Positions 1 to 12,563 of a stretch of DNA of 37,414 bases are shown piece after piece; position 1 is the stretch's first letter; each line of letters begins with the position of its first letter. Source of the stretch: Coniocarpon cinnabarinum (lineage: Eukaryota); NCBI GenBank assembly GCA_051942205.1, contig JAVECO010000209.1:1-37414 (forward strand), read 5' to 3'. A program made the position numbers and the translations under genes. A model generated the notes under the pieces. The model did not search any database. It was not told the origin of the DNA and saw only the letters and a program-made list of their open reading frames with translations.

Positions 1-34
1 TCTTGGTGAGAAGCCATCTCAACGGATGCTCAAA

Positions 35-99
35 GGACTGGGACTAGGACTGGACTAGGACTGGACTGGGACTGGACTGGGACTAGGACTAGGCTAGGG
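35..99. repeat. Degenerate GGACT(A/G) short tandem repeat, probably in the 5' leader of the retroelement whose LTR is at 151-336
   Basis: Run of ggact/ggacta/ggactg units read directly from the sequence. Confidence 0.7.
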
Positions 100-150
100 G
101 TTGAGCAGTTTGCGCTTGCTCAGAGCGGTAGAAGGGTGGATACAACGTAA

Positions 151-336
151 TGTAAGGATCACGACCTAGAAGCTCTCATTGCTACCTAAGGACAGCCTAA
201 CTACAAAGGACGTTGCATAGAGAAGAAGGAAGCTTCTCTACAACGAGTCTATCTCAAATGATTGTGTGCCAAGCCCTTAGGGTTGCATACCCTATCGCAT
301 CACGTGATCCCCTGCATCCAGATCTGAATTCTCACA
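151..336 (-). mobile_element. Short LTR, likely the 5' LTR of a Gypsy/Ty3 element that runs off the left window edge
   Basis: TGTAAG...CTCACA termini (TG...CA, imperfect inverted ends). It interrupts the RIPed Gypsy sequence starting at 337. Flanking atacaacgt (140-148) is complementary, with one transition, to acgttgcat inside the LTR (210-218), like a self-priming PBS. Confidence 0.65.
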
Positions 337-2452
337 CCCTAAGCAAACTTATAAAGAAGATCTCTAAAAAAATAATTATACTTATCTTCTCTAAGAATAT
401 ACTATTTCTAAGCGTTAGTATTAATATACTTCTACTCTTTTAACTTCTTTTAATAAAGAAGTGCCTAAATATAGAATTATCGGGACTTAGTCTATACCTA
501 GAATCTTTTCTAGTACTTTTGTTTATTCTCTTAAGTTAAGGACTTAAAGTAATCTTATATAGATTATTTATTAACTGTTAGTAATCTATATTCCTCTATA
601 GCTTTATCTAATAGTATCTAGATAGCGTTATATATTTGTATAAATATGTTAAGGACTTTTTTAGGTTCTTACTTATTAAGTACTATAAGTGTTAGTTTAT
701 TAATACTCTTAATAGTATAGTTTACTAGGTTAGCGAGTTCTTAGTTAAAGGGTGTCTTGCTTATATTATATATGTTACGACCTAAGGTATTAACTAACTT
801 ATTAGGCTAACCGTTTTCTTTATTCTTAGCTAATTTATAATTCCTTATAATATATCCTACTTTACTATAGTATATATAGAGGTTATTTTAGCGTCTATGT
901 TGCCTTTTAGCATTTATAAGTTTTCTGTATTACTTATATTTAGTAAGCGTAGTAACGTTAATATCTATAGGTTCTATTTCTCAAGTATCTATCTTACGTA
1001 AGGTATTTAGTTACTAAGTCTAAATTCCTTATTTTTCTCTTTTAAGCTCTAGGATACGTAAATCTAAATTAATAGTACGCCTCCTAAGCACTATAAGTCC
1101 TTTAAGCTTATCCTAGTAGGATAGTTAATTCTTAATTTCTTTATTAAGTCTATTGTAGTAATATATTATTAGTGCTTCTTAATTAAGGCTAGATATATAT
1201 ATATATATTACATAAACTTGCCTATATATTATACGGCTAGTATATTGCTTTACTTAAGTCGTTAGATCTTAAACTATACTTTCTCTTTTAGCTTTGTTCC
1301 TCTATATATTTCTCGTAATATTATAGTAAACTAGGTATAGTTAGTTATAATTACTTATATTTCTGCTCTTAGTGCATTAGACCTTAAATTCTATAAAATT
1401 AGTACAAACTAATCTAACGGTCTACTATAAAGGTAAGCTCTAGTAAAGAAAACCTTTGCCTTATCCTCTTCGTACTTAAATAGATTAATTATAAAATTTA
1501 ATTTATATAGAGTTAGAAATAGTTTAAAGGATGCTTTGTCCCCTTTATAAGGTTTAACCTTAATAATATTAGTAGATATTTTGTTGTTGTCCTTATTACT
1601 ACAACTAGCGAGTGTCTTCTATAGTAGAGTATTAAATTGTTTCTTAATAGTATTAAGTAAAGTAGTGCTTAAACGACTTATTAGTAGGTAATAACGTTTA
1701 ATTTTACTTTCTTTAGTAATAGGTCCTAAAGTAAGTAGTTAACTTTATACTAATATTAGACTTATTAGTTGTTAAGCAGGAAGTAGCCTACTATGTTCTT
1801 CCTCTAAAGAACTATCTTAGAGTTCTAATAGAACCTTTAATCTAGAAGAGTTAGTTATAAGATAGGGTAGTATATACCTTTTAATCCTTGTTTAGTGTTA
1901 TAAGCGATTATTTAAAAGTATAACGCCTTTATAGAGGGCCTAATACCTTAAGTAACTAAGGAGGCGTAGGGCGGTCCTAGAGCTAAGAATCTTTACTATA
2001 GGAGAATATAATAGGGAACAATATAAAGGGACAAAGGTAGCAAGAGCTATAGGAGAGAGTAACTAGCATACTACTATAGTAAAGGTTACTTTATCTAATA
2101 GTAGTAGTGCTATCTAAGAAAGTAAGGTACGCTATAAACTAGTAAGTAATTAGTTTAGTAGTTTATAACTTATAAGTTAGGTTAATTCTAAATTTAAATA
2201 ATACTAAGCCTAAGAGAAAGGTAGGCTTGCTATTAGACTATATAGACTAAGGTACAAGCAAATATATCGTGCCTCTATTCCTTCCGCTGCCCCCGTCGCA
2301 TAGAAGCGATAGAGACGACGAGAGCTTACGTAATCTTTATATATATAGTCCTATAGACAAACGCGTCCTAACACGTTAGGGTTATAGTGCATTAGCGTAG
2401 TTCTACGCGGGTGCACGTGACCTATATGCTACTAATAAGGCATAGCGTAACA
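337..2452 (-). mobile_element. RIP-degraded Gypsy/Ty3 retrotransposon 5' part (5' LTR ~1919-2452 plus gag)
   Basis: Minus strand reads KPYKGDKASFKLFLTLYKLNF...KYEEDKAKVFFTRAYL (~1560-1430), a typical Ty3 Gag motif. A RIP-restorable CX2CX4HX4C knuckle lies at ~840-880. The LTR is bounded by tataacgc (RIPed tgtaacgc, 1919) and gcgtaaca (2452). TpA is in strong excess. Confidence 0.8.
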
Positions 2453-4182
2453 CTATGTTTATAGGTCTATCTAGTACGTATAAGACGTCTAATAGGCGCA
2501 TGCTACCTATACCGTGTTGTAGGATTCTTATTTTAAGGTCTACCTTATTGTATTAAGTAGCGGTTAACTTACTATTAGCAACCTTAATAGTCGCTAGCTT
2601 ATCTAGAGGCTTAAGGTTTGTAAATAGGCTTGTGTTATTATAAATATAAGTATTTGCGCCTATATCGTATATCTAGTAGTAAGAAGACGTTATAGATATA
2701 GCTAATAAGGCTGTTTGTATAACTGTCCCTACTATCTAAAAGAAGCTTTTATCTTTCTTATCTACTTTGCTGTATAGTGCTAGTTCTAGATATTACTTCT
2801 AGTAATTGTTATCTTAATAGTTAGTATTAGGATATAACTTATAGCAACCTTTTTCTTTTTTAAGGTTCTAACTACTATATAAAGCGAGGGTAGCTAGTAG
2901 CTAACCCTGCTGTTAATTAGCCTTATACGACTTTTGCTAATTATATTTAGAACGCCTAGAGGCGACTATAGGCAGTCTTTGGTAGGTATATTTAGCTCTA
3001 ACCCTATTAACAACGTTGCTAAAGGACGGTATAGGTGTAGTAAAGCGTATTTTATAATATGCTTCTACGATTTATCGCTCTAATTTAAGACCTTTAATAA
3101 AGAGGACTGTCTCTTGTAGGTTATTAAAGCGCTGTTTCCTGTATTCTAGTATATAGAGCTCTTTGATATATAGCTAATAGCGTGATATATAGTCTTTAAG
3201 GCTATCTAAGCTCTTAAGGGTGATATTAGGTAGCTTTTTAATTAGTTCGACAAGACGAGGAGTAGCTAACTGTCGGTATTGCTGTATAACAGCGTTCTAG
3301 ACGTCTTAAGCAATATTCTTGCTATTTAGTATAATAGCAAGGCTCTAAGGTAGATGCCGTAGTAGTATATATCTTGCTTTATAGTTATCTTACTACTAAA
3401 GCCGATATTTTATCTTTTTTGATATATACAATTCTTCTTTGTCTATATTATCTCTTTCTAGTAGAGGAGCTTAATTTCGGATAAATCCTAGTAGTCCTTC
3501 TGCACCTAATTTGCTTGTAACTTCTGTTTTGTACAAGGGGAAGTCTATAGGCGACTGCATACGCTAATTACTTCGATTGTTAGTAGTAAAGAATAAGTTA
3601 TTAGTGTCCATATTTACGGTAGTTACAAAACACGTTCCTAGCAAGTCTAAAGACTTCAGCTAATAATAATAGCGATAGCGCGGGCTAAGGGCCTTGCCAG
3701 CCTTATATTTAAGTCTAATAAACTTAAGAATACAGGAATATAGTAGTAAGTCTAAAGGCTTAAACCACGATAACAGTAATAGTAAGGGGCTTAATAGAGC
3801 TCTGCCTTCTATCTAAATTACTTAGAAGCTTGCTGCTATTGCTCTTAAGAGCGTTAGTACGTTAAACTAACCAAAAACGCACCTTTCTTGATACTGTAGC
3901 TATATATAGGTAGGTGTATTCGTTCACCCCCTAAAATTAGCGTACTAGTATAGCGACGTCGACGGTGATGCTGCTAGGGGTCGTTTACCGCTAGAGAACA
4001 TCTAAATAGAGTCTCCTGCGTCAGTCGAAGCTGCCGGGCTTATAGCCTGGTGTGATACAGGGCCTTCGAGCAACTATGTAAGGAGCGACTATGGATAAAA
4101 GTATGAGCCGTCCCTAGCCGGAGCTCATGCACTGCCTAATGCAGTAACTAAGTCACCTGATTGGTGGTCTTATATCATAACA
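2453..4182 (-). mobile_element. RIP-degraded Copia/Ty1 retrotransposon 5' part (5' LTR, gag, start of protease), interrupted by the Gypsy at 337-2452
   Basis: Minus strand ~2680-2640 reads Y*IYDIGANTYI (restores to WIYDTGANTHIC, the Copia protease motif). The LTR is followed by ggctataagccc, resembling the GGTTATGAGCCC sequence seen after fungal Copia 5' LTRs. Confidence 0.8.
4048..4182 (-). repeat. Copia 5' LTR
   Basis: Minus strand TGTTATGAT...ATCACACCA; a near-identical copy lies at 12564-12725 in the opposite orientation. Confidence 0.85.
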
Positions 4183-4510
4183 CCCATGGGACGCCTGAAT
4201 GACTGATCAAAGAAAGGCGTCGACCATTCAACGCCTTCCCATTCTAGAAGCAGAATATGGCTTAGACATTTGCTACTTTTCTTGGCACGCAAGGAGGGTT
4301 ACTTCAACCACAGGTAATCGAGGCATGATATTGTCATACCTACATAGTCAAGAGCCTATGTAATAGTATTAGCCAATACAAGAGTGAAGCTACGTGCATT
4401 TATAGAGGTTCTACTCGTTAAAGAAGGGGCTCTGTGGCGGAGCACCTTCTGAATTCAGCAGGTGAGACTGGGCAGGGTCAGCTTCGAACATCGTTCTAAC
4501 CCACAACCTT

Positions 4511-5155
4511 TTGCTTGCCCATGAACGAGAGCCGTACATCGATCCTCGAATTCTTCGTAATCTATTATTATCCATACTAGCAATAGTGTCAAAATGCGCA
4601 GGAACTATCGTGCACGCTTGTATGCAGGATCACCCAGCTAGCCCAGCCAGTTCGTCTCTAAACGCTCCCACGAATCCTGCTACAACCGAGAGCTCGAGCC
4701 GCTCCCACAAGCGATGCTCAGATCAATTCTGCCGCCCTATAGTCGAACAAAGCGTGCAAAAAGATACTTTCAGCCAATAGACGCCAATTCTCGCTGCAAT
4801 TAATGCTAGCAGAATCTAGGAAGAGGAGATACAACCAAGACGAAGCAGCCGTCTGTCTGGGGGTCAGCGCGTCGCGTCACACCTATAGACAGAGCCCAGG
4901 CAGCACTAGCGCATCCACGACAACAACAACAAGCGCGAGAAGCGCAGGATTGACTTTGGCATTGCCATTGAAGATATGAGACGCCTTAAGAAAGCGCTCT
5001 GGTGGAGAGGTTTAACGCCTATTAACGCGACTGCCTATACACCAGTAATCTGCACGCCCCTCGCCGTTTTATTTGAGACGAAGTCCGACGGTCAGAGGAC
5101 AAACGAGCGCAAGGTGGAACGGAAGAAAACGAACAAGAAGGAGAAGATCTACTAG
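4511..5155 (+). pseudogene. Fragment of a fungal PD-(D/E)XK nuclease-like protein (PDDEXK_12-like)
   Basis: The frame from 4931 reads KRRIDFGIAIE...PINATAYTPVICTPLAVLFETKSDG, matching the K(M/R)VDF...IN(H/Q)TxYxP...PIAVSIETK pattern. Upstream frames are broken by stops and shifts; the C-terminal half of the domain is not recognisable. Confidence 0.6.
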
Positions 5156-5979
5156 CGGTGAGCGGGGTAACAGGAACAGAAAGAGGCAGAAGAGTATACG
5201 GTAAAGGAAGCCACTAGCAATTTACGGCTGAGATACAGCCCAAGAGGTGGAGGATTTTTGTATACGCAAAGGTCTTGATTGGTACGAAGAAAAACTTCGC
5301 CGTCAGCTTCAGGAATTGCGAAGAGAGCAATCATGGCATAGGACGGAAAGGACAAGTTTAAGCACGTAAACAACAAAGAGGAAGGACATCACTAACGACA
5401 TCCTTCTCTTAGTGAAATGTTATTAGTCGAAGATTTAGGAGCGCTGCTTGTCGCTATGGCGTGTATGCTCGTCTCGCATATGCCGCAATATTTGTCACCA
5501 CTTTGAGGATCACCCCACGTCTAAGGTACAAGTTCTTAGCATACTTTCTGGATAGCATAGAGGTACATCGATCCTTAGCATTGATAGCGTACTTTCTCTG
5601 AACACTGTCCAGTGGTAGGATGCTCTGCACCAGTCTTGGTGTACGATAAGCATTCTACAAATCTTGTACGTCTACCCAAAGTTTTTGTCAGCAAGCAGAC
5701 GGATGTCCAGCAAAAACACAGCTTACATTTCTCTTTTAGAACCTGTAGCCTTACAGATTTCCATATAGAACAAGCACATGTTGCGGACGACAAGAGTAGA
5801 ACTATCCTGCAGCAGGTAGGATAGATTAAAACTGGGCCATCGTTCTTAAGTACAATTGTAAGTTGCATTACTTAAATAGATGTCAACCTGACTATTACTC
5901 AAGTCTACCTTTCATTGAGACAAGACGACCAAAAGTACATGGGCCCCGATTCTTAAGTTGTTGTGACATTCAAACGTCA

Positions 5980-6965
5980 GCATCATACCTCTCGTACATG
6001 CTCTTGCAGCCTTTCATAGATATCGAACTTATGGCTTTGATTACAACATCTATTAGCTCTCTGTTGCCCATTCGATAATAACTCTGGTAGACGGCATTGG
6101 CTCCCACTAGGATTTTCTTTTCGCATAGTGCCCCATATACGCTTAGCCTCGACAAAGACTTGATCCCACCGTTGATACCAAACACTAAAATCTGCATGTT
6201 CCTGCCGCGACGCGCAATACACACGGAACAATCCTGGTAATTCTGTGATGTGAAGCCAAGCTCTCTCTTCAGTGTGACTAGTGAATCGTATCGCGACGAC
6301 AAGAATAATGAGCAAGAGCTCAAACAGACAACAATTTCCTATCGTCCAGAGATTCTCAGACAGGCGGCTTTCAATGTGTCTCTTTTCGCTTTCCTGCAAA
6401 GTCTGGTAACAAGAATCCCGCAATCGGCTCAAGACAGATTCAGCCTCAAGAAGGGAACTGTCAGGACAGTCGATAACGCCCTCAACATTTTATTTAGTCA
6501 ACAGAGACGCAATCATTGCTACATCATTAATAGAGCATACGTAAGTTGTAGCCAAACACAAGGCTCTTGGGCTCTCTAGAGTTTCTAGTATTGGATAGAT
6601 ACATCTTCGCTTGCGAATGTTAAGTTTATCGCTGTCCAAGTAGCAAGATTACGGATAACTGCACTATGCTGTACAGCTCAAAGTTGTCTTTTTACAGTAT
6701 CAAGCTCTACTGCTAACTCTGTCCCAGGTTTGACCCCTATTCTCATGCCCACGACTGCAAGACTTATCGAGCTAACAAGGCTAAGAATGCTTACTCGCTC
6801 TAAGAATATAGTGTTAATTTGAAGGGTCTCAGAGGGAAAAGCGGTATACAATGCTGCTGCATCTAGGCAGTCGTTAACCATCGATCTCTTAGAAGATCTA
6901 ATGTACTCTAGTCGACTCATACATTGGGCACGAATAGAACTAGTGTCTTAAAGATTAGAAGTCAT
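5980..6965 (-). pseudogene. Degenerate multi-exon gene of unknown family
   Basis: Successive minus-strand open segments (6920-6678, 6432-5983) with GTAAGC/GTATGC/GTATGA donor-like sites and in-frame TAA/TAG stops. No recognisable domain. Confidence 0.3.
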
Positions 6966-7509
6966 TAATGCTTAAAATGGGAACTGAATAAGTCTTGTAA
7001 AAATAAGTAGTCTAGCTTCCAGGTCTAGAAATCGCGAGAGTATAACCAGAGGCGATCAGAGCTCTTTCATACGCGGAAGGAGGAGCTTAGGGGTATTTAT
7101 GTCTGGATTAGCGGAGAATATATTAGTACCTTATTGCGGGGAGTGGGTCATGCAGATTGCTGATCGGACCCAATAGTAATGACCAGGATCTTTGATACCC
7201 TAACCCACCGATCGTGTGCATATAGTGGCGCAACCCCTACATACAAATTATCGTCTATAAGGGGAAGTTGATGTTATGTACGCTGGCGTTCAATTGCTCA
7301 ATAGGACTCTGAGCTTTAGATGTAAATCAAGTTGGTACTGTTCGCACTGTATGCTTGAGGTCCACTTCTTACTAATATCTGGAATCTTTCGATCACCGGT
7401 TGTGGCTTCATGCTTATTGTACAGTGTAACGCTACACTTCATACATACGCCTAGAACGTATATGTTGATTTTGCTACGTCCCTATAGAGCCAAATGTTAA
7501 ATGTGACAA

Positions 7510-8408
7510 CTACCCCCATCCAGAATATAGCAAACTGTCCTCCTTACACATAACATTGTTAAAAAAAGACAACCATGGATAACCAGAAGGATCTAAGATG
7601 CTATTTGCGCTGTTTGGAGTAACCGTTTTGAGGTCGAAAGCTTCTAGGCGCTGAGCATCTCCCGGTTCTGTATGCATTTGTGATATAATTAGTTGCCCCG
7701 CAACATATTTTGGGAGGCTGTGAGTGTGGAGAAAACAGTTTAAGAAGGGCCTGTTAGGCTGCGCTGGTTGATTTATCAAACTGTGTAAGTATTCGGTTTG
7801 AGATTGCGTATGATGCTCGGAATTGGTCTTGAGACTGTTGCTAGCCAAATCAATAGCCAGACTGTCACTGCGTAAAGATGCAGTAGATTGAGGAGCAGAT
7901 GTGATGTCATGGAGTATCTCAGTCTACTGCTCACACATTTGAAAAGGCTCTCGCTCTCGCCCATCTTTCTTTTTCATTGACTCAATCAAGGGTCCTAGCA
8001 ATTTGCACATGTCTTCGATGCTCACATGATAATCATGGCAGTGTTCTGTATCTTTTTGGGCTTTGTCAAGCTGTTGAAGAAGACTGTTGATCTCTTAGCT
8101 CTGATGTTGAGTTACAAGTGTAAGGCGCTATACTTCTCTTTAAACAAGGATTAGTTTTCGATACAGTACTAATTGTTTAGGAACATTATTGTACTCATCA
8201 TCGCTCGCTGGATAAATGCATCGGTCGGTCCTGGCTACACATTTTTGACAAGATGGCAGTTGGCCGTCGCAGCCAACTTTCCTCACCCTACAATTTTCAC
8301 AAACCTGTGAAGAGTCACTTTGATGAACTTCCCCACGTCTCTTTGTTCGATACTCACTCTTCGCGAGGGACGTTTTTGACGGCGTGGAGGCACAGCGTCG
8401 TTTGGCAT
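7510..8408 (-). pseudogene. Small Zn(II)2Cys6 (GAL4-type) transcription factor pseudogene; exons 8408-8358, 8304-8195, 8137-7510
   Basis: Exon 2 encodes CENCRVRKVGCDGQLPSCQKCVARTDRC, a perfect CX2CX6CX6CX2CX6C, preceded by basic RRQKRPSRR. Introns 8357-8305 (GTGAGT..CAG) and 8194-8138 (GTACAA..CTAAT..AAG). Exon 3 starts with a coiled-coil-like segment and has three in-frame TAG/TAA stops. The domain is absent from the ORF track. Confidence 0.85.
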
Positions 8409-8993
8409 GCTAGACGCGCAGATCAAAGCGATACCTAGAGTGACTGAAAGAGTGTCCTTCTGCTAATACATGTGAGAAGTTAACGATAGTTTTTAGGGTA
8501 TTAGCAATGAAAGTGTTCTGCTAGTAGGTCCCGTGAGTGATTATACTCTAATGCATTTTTTGATAAGTCACCGCTTGCTCAATCGCAGGACCTGCACTAA
8601 TTAGTACCTGCATTACAGTTTGCTCTAGTCTGTGTGCTGGTATATTACTTTATGTATTTCCCTAAGAGATCGCCACTCGTAGCGCCGTCCTAGACGAAAA
8701 CCGTAGCACCCTGTGTATGGACTTGATCAATAGGGACGCTTGGTTTGATAGCAGCTGTAGCCTTGCATTTACAGCTCTCGCTACTCGGCCACTTCGATTT
8801 GTGTTAGGCTTCAATTGAGCGGCTATCTTCGCTGCCGTGATCGAAGTTTCGCAGAGCTCATCTTCTATTGGCACAAGTGCTAGTCGTAGTACGTACAAAA
8901 ACATACAAAGAGCTTTGCCTTTGACGGGATCAGCTGTGATGGACCTGCATAGACAGATGCATTGTCTAAGGGGGGAGCAAATTCGCAGCTGCA

Positions 8994-11601
8994 ATGTCCG
9001 AGGAAAGCCCTGAACATGTTCAATGTTCTTATGAAGATGTCACTAGTATTCCACGCGTTCAAGTCATGTCTTCTGAAGCAGCATCTAGCATTCTTGATCA
9101 GATTGTTGAAACAATCATTGGTGGCGGCTTTCCTTCACTGTCGCAGCGCAAGCTGCAAGTGTGCTCCCGCACAGACCTGCGGTCATTGCTCAAAGAGTTC
9201 GACCCCGCGACGGAATCGCAACGCCACCTCAAACGACTGTTTGACGATGAGCCAACGCGAAAGCGACGCCTCCTCCTACACGGCCTCTTAGCCGGCGGTA
9301 TCGTCATGTTCGCCTTCGTGAGGATGAGGTGGCGTGTCAATTATGGGCTTGACCCGTCTCGCACCCTACTTGCGGTTCCCTACCGTGCTAAGGATGTCCC
9401 CTCCCCCCGATCTGAGTTTAGTCATTCAGACGTTGCAATATTGTTGACATGCCTGAGTCATTACTATGGCGATTTGACGGACAGTCAGCTTGCTCACGTT
9501 CTCCAAGAGATCCAGAAGAGAGACGATGGGGCGGACGAACACGCTCACTGGTCGTTGCAGCTCCCTACACTTCCACAGAGCTACCGAGTACTGGCTGGCA
9601 TTAACCTTCAAGATCCAGGGCTTATGGAAATTGCCGCTCCCTTAATGCGCCGATCAAAACTGATGATCGATTTTTCCCCCTCAGAAATCGTCTTCCCTCG
9701 GGCGATAAAAAGTTCCCATCGAAATTGTGCTCCTCAGGCTGGGACCTTGCCACTTTGAAGCGTCATCCTACGACTGGTTTTAGCGGCACCAACGACAGCC
9801 GATTCCTCTTGCCATCTATGATCGCACAACACGACATCCCAGCACCAAGAAGCACGAGCGCAAACGTGTTATACAAAATTCTCCGACCTGAAAATACCTT
9901 TGCGGTCCTACCACGAGTACCTCTCGGATGGGACGCAATTGCTAGACGTTGTCGCATCCTTGGAACCACCTGTTTGTGTCATTCTTGATGTTAGTGCAAG
10001 AGTTATTGACATGACCAACTATGAGATATGCTGTGCTTGGTTGAACAAGACCAGTCTATCTTTCGTGCAAGGCGTCGTATTTTTTGACGACGAAAACCGT
10101 CTCTCTATACTTGACTGGACCGGTGTCACGAATTCATTTTCCTCATCTCCTTTGGCTAGACGACTAAGTAAGTACTTAGTGTATTTGGATGAGTGTCACA
10201 CCCGCGGGACTGATCTCAAACTACCCTTATACTATCGAGCCGTAGTAACGCTTGGGCCGCGCCTAACAAAAGATAAGCCTGTTCAAGGTATAGCCTCCTC
10301 TATGACTGCCGTCTTTAAGTATTAGTTGCTGGTAATCTTTTAGCATGTACGCGAATGCGCAGTCTTGGTAGAGGGCAGAGCTTAGCTTTGCTCGGTCCCC
10401 ACGATGTCGCCTCCAGGATAGTTCAATGCGGTAATCTCCAAAGCATGAAAGAGATTGAAGTCCGACATGTTTTACTATAGGCGGTAATAGAGACTTGGTC
10501 TACGACAAAGCAAGACGGCCCCCAGTGGATAACACAGAAGGTCCACTATGACGCACAGCGGAGAGTCTACATTCAAAAAGATGGGAGCATCGTCACAAGA
10601 GCCGATGCGATAGAATTACTTGAGGGAGATGCTCAAACAATTGAAGAACGATATGTGACTACGCTAGCCGAGCCCAATGATGATTCTCTACTAGCACATC
10701 AGGGCCTCGACGACCACCTTCAAGCTAACGCGCAAGAATTTGCAATTTCGCTAAGACAATCATCTACTTACGCAGAAGAACAAGAGCGTGAACTATCGCC
10801 TGAGATAGAACGAGAGCGAGGGGCTGAACGACCAAATCGTGAACAACCTTACGTTTATGCCATGCATACTGATGTCCTGGCATTGGTGAGGTTTGGCACC
10901 TTCAACAAGGCCTCTACAGCCTTTGTACCTGCGTTCGAGGTCTTTCAACAAACGACAGCGAGGGCTCTATTTACGGCTGACGAGTTCTTAGAGCGCATTT
11001 GGGTAACTCGAGACTTCGTCAACACTATCGAGCCATCAGTCCCTTGTAACCTAGACGAGTTCTTAAAACCGGTGCAGTGGGTCCTGCGATTGCGAGACGG
11101 TGAGAAGTGTAGCTGCGTCGTGCTCAGTCCATATGAGGCGAATAAAGCGATGCCTGACGTCTTGCAGTATGGCGCAACAGAGCTAGTTGTGTACTCTCCG
11201 CGAGTTTCAAGAACCCCGCGTCCGTTTGATGAGTTTTCTTTTGGTGGTGTTGATCACGCGTTGTTGCAAACGAACAACCGTCTAGACCTTTTCCTGAGGT
11301 TGTTTGCGGGTCAGCTTTACCTCAAGAATTACCAGCAGTACAAGAACCTTTGCCGTTTCTCAGTTTACTTGGAACAACCATTGCTGAGCGCATCGACAGT
11401 CCCGATGGCTTTATTATTTCAGCTTTGCGGGCGTACATTGACGCTACCTGGAACAGTGAATGCTTTATACGGCACAGTCCTGTGGCATTCTTGCGGCGTC
11501 TGATTACAATAAGACGGAAGGGGCTTGACTTTCATCGTTCTCATCTCGGAAGAATGCTTTTAGATGAGCCGATAGTCCCGAATGGTTTTCCAGCTAGCTA
11601 A
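8994..11601 (+). pseudogene. C-terminal part of a large DUF3638/DUF3645-family protein, 5'-truncated and frameshifted
   Basis: RWRVNYGLDPSRTLLAVPYRAKDVPSPRSEFSHSDV (DUF3645 signature), TTGFSGTND, YLDECHTRGTDLKLP, EEQERELSPEIERER, LFAGQLY. Intron 10288-10343. Frameshifts near 9710, 9910 and 11355; in-frame TAG at 10478-10480. Confidence 0.9.
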
Positions 11602-11830
11602 TCCGGAAACGGCTGAGGACACTAGAACATGGGGAGATGCTATAAAACGGCGTGGTTAAATCTGAGATACCGACAAGGTCGTGGAATGTACTGAGAGCTT
11701 GGTCCAGTATATCTGCAAACCTAAGAAATAGGTACATCGTGACGCACGTTCAATCAGAGTGTCTTGCCTGCAATACAAACATCGTGCACTGTAGGTTTAT
11801 TGTCGTAAATGGCGGTTCTTGAGAAAAAAA

Positions 11831-11925
11831 CGTAACTTAACTAACTGAACTAACTGTTACTTTACGCACGGACGAAAAAAAATCCTGTTAGTAACAGGGT
11901 TTTTTTTGTCCGTGCGCAAGTTACG
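11831..11925. repeat. Near-perfect palindrome/hairpin (arms ~11862-11890 and 11892-11919) with outer cgtaactt/aagttacg inverted pair
   Basis: ttacgcacggacgaaaaaaaatcctgtta-g-taacagggttttttttgtccgtgcgcaa pairs about position 11891 with one G-T pair, one bulge and one mismatch. Confidence 0.9.
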
Positions 11926-12563
11926 CCCAGCCCACCTAAAGGTCACTATTCTGCGCACGCTGGATCATATGCGTGCGTCTGTCCTCGATTCGACGCTCTC
12001 AATCTCGATAACCTCGCACACAGGTGTGATCACGTGATCCTAAGGCTTCCTGTCGGTAAGGCTCTCTGCTAGCGCTACAACGCAAGAAGCGGTAGCATTT
12101 CTCTTCGCACACTAACTGCATGCGGAAGGCGTCCGAGCCTAGACACCTTCTATCACAAAGAATACAGTACAGTCCAGGCTTATGTACTGTACAATTTAAT
12201 TAGTGTCTAGGGCCGTTATAGCCGTCGGAAAAGCGATGAAGAATATACAATCAAAGCAACTTAACTCCAATAGAGATATTATTTTCTACCTGGCTACTCC
12301 TTAGTCCTTCACGTACACTACCTTACATCAGCAAGGTGCTAGACGTATTCCATGCATACGCTCTGTATAGCTTGTGAATTGTATGCCGTCCTGAACTGAA
12401 TGCGACAGTACATAACGTAGTATTTGGGAAGATCGTACTTGCCATCTACGAACTCATATTTTATTTAGTACAATGCTTTCATAAGCTCCGTGCAGAATCC
12501 AACAGGCATTCCTTCCTCGTTGAAGAAATTGAGTCTAGTCCTACGAGCACAACCCTCGATAAC

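Noticed and set aside
213..443. 76-aa ORF
   Set aside because: Spans the LTR/RIPed-gag junction; the I/L/K-rich tail is a RIP artefact.
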